Below, piece after piece: positions 63,015 through 64,000 of a DNA stretch of 64,000 bases. The DNA is from Escherichia phage vB_EcoM_NBG2, in sequence record NC_054925.1. One strand, 5' to 3'. Position numbers and translations under genes: made by a program. The notes under the pieces are model-generated. The model did no database searches and was not told where the DNA came from. It worked only from the letters and a program-made list of their open reading frames with translations. The first letter of the stretch is position 1, and every line of letters begins with the position of its first letter.

Positions 63015-63340
63015 TTAAACCATCCTTTAATACGTTGCCATAAAGTTTTCTGTTGAGCTTTGTTAACACCAATTGAGCGAATAACTGGTTGAGATTCATG
63101 GAATTCTTTATAATCAGCAAGGTAAATTTCGTAAGCTGAATCCATAAAGGAACTTATAGCTGCCATGAAATTATTGCGAATACCTACTGGAGCATCTTTA
63201 CTTTCACGAATAATCATGTATTTACCAGTCTTAATCTTTACAATAGTTCCAAGATAAGCCCCATGGTACCAGATGTCCCATCCCTCTTGAGTGGGTTCTG
63301 CACAACGACGAAGTTCATTGATAATTTCTAACTTGTTCAT
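63011..63340 (-). CDS. hypothetical protein (motA.1-like)
   Basis: 109-aa ORF directly downstream of motA. Confidence 0.55.
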   Translation of the reverse strand: MNKLEIINELRRCAEPTQEGWDIWYHGAYLGTIVKIKTGKYMIIRESKDAPVGIRNNFMAAISSFMDSAYEIYLADYKEFHESQPVIRSIGVNKAQQKTLWQRIKGWFK

Positions 63341-63350
63341 TATTTATTCC

Positions 63351-63986
63351 TCACAGTTCAGATGCTACGGTGATTACTGCTTCAATGTTTTCTGCCGAGC
63401 GTTTAATGTCAAGATACACATTACCGTTTTTAGCGATTTTACATGACATTCCGATATCAGTAAATTTCTGAATATGATGTTCCATCATTTTGTATCCAAA
63501 AATTCGCATATTTCCATTGTTATTAATTTCAAAATTACGAATTCCGTGAGTGCGTTTTTCTAAAATAGCAAGATAGTTACTGCGGTAAGTTTCAACCTTT
63601 TTAAGAACAAATCCATTTTCATCTAAAAGTTTTAACATGAAGTCTTTATCTTCTTCCATATCAGAAGTAATCTCACGAGCTTTACGAGTTGCTCGTTTTT
63701 TCAACAGTTCAGGAGCATTTTCCTGTGCGTATAAAGTTGCTGCATTTGAAATAATATCCTGAGCTTCGCCTGTAATGATTAATCCATCACCAGATTTCTC
63801 CACCAGGCCTTTTTTAATCAATACCCCAATATTACTATTAACTACTGCGTTACCTAAATCTGGATGCACCTCACGAACTTCTGCAGCTGTAATGAAATCT
63901 TTCTTAGCAACAGTAATTAAAATCGCAGCAGTTTTTTCATTCAGAACATCGTTAGAAGCTTTGATGATGTAAGTTACTTTAGACAT
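63351..63986 (-). CDS. motA: MotA, middle-promoter transcription activator
   Basis: 211 aa; sequence recognised as T4 MotA. Confidence 0.95.
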   Translation of the reverse strand: MSKVTYIIKASNDVLNEKTAAILITVAKKDFITAAEVREVHPDLGNAVVNSNIGVLIKKGLVEKSGDGLIITGEAQDIISNAATLYAQENAPELLKKRATRKAREITSDMEEDKDFMLKLLDENGFVLKKVETYRSNYLAILEKRTHGIRNFEINNNGNMRIFGYKMMEHHIQKFTDIGMSCKIAKNGNVYLDIKRSAENIEAVITVASEL

Positions 63987-64000
63987 TTTAATCTCCGTTT

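Overview
This window is a 64-kb segment of a T4-like (T-even) coliphage genome, colinear with T4 from gene 20 (portal, 5'-truncated at the window start) to motA. All identifications rest on reading the translated ORFs and sequence motifs against remembered T4 biology; no database search was run. Plus-strand late modules: head genes 20-67-68-21-22-23-24; segE-uvsW; baseplate hub 51-27-28-29-48-54; long tail fibre and lysis genes 34-35-36-37-38-t. Minus-strand blocks: rnlB-hoc-inh; uvsY-25-26; and a long early/middle block alt-30(ligase)-30.x-rIII-31-cd-pseT-spanins-alc-rnlA-denA-nrdB-nrdA-td-frd-32-59-33-dsbA-rnh, plus asiA-arn-motA at the right end. It is not T4 itself: gp38 is a T2/T6-type glycine-rich adhesin, gp37 carries a C-terminal self-cleaving chaperone-like domain, Hoc has an extra Ig-like domain from a 288-bp tandem duplication, there are two tandem Alt-type ADP-ribosyltransferase genes, and the homing-endonuclease content is mosaic (td intron with I-TevI and segE present; no segD, no nrdB intron). 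No tRNA or CRISPR was found. The most interesting items are the tandem Alt paralogs, a NADAR-plus-HAD pair beside DNA ligase, recurrent early-promoter/stem-loop cassettes (two nearly identical copies 16 kb apart), and a roughly 0.4-kb ORF-free GC-rich island between rIII and 30.9. The ORF track uses TTG/GTG starts in places; several N-termini were trimmed to the ATG with a Shine-Dalgarno.
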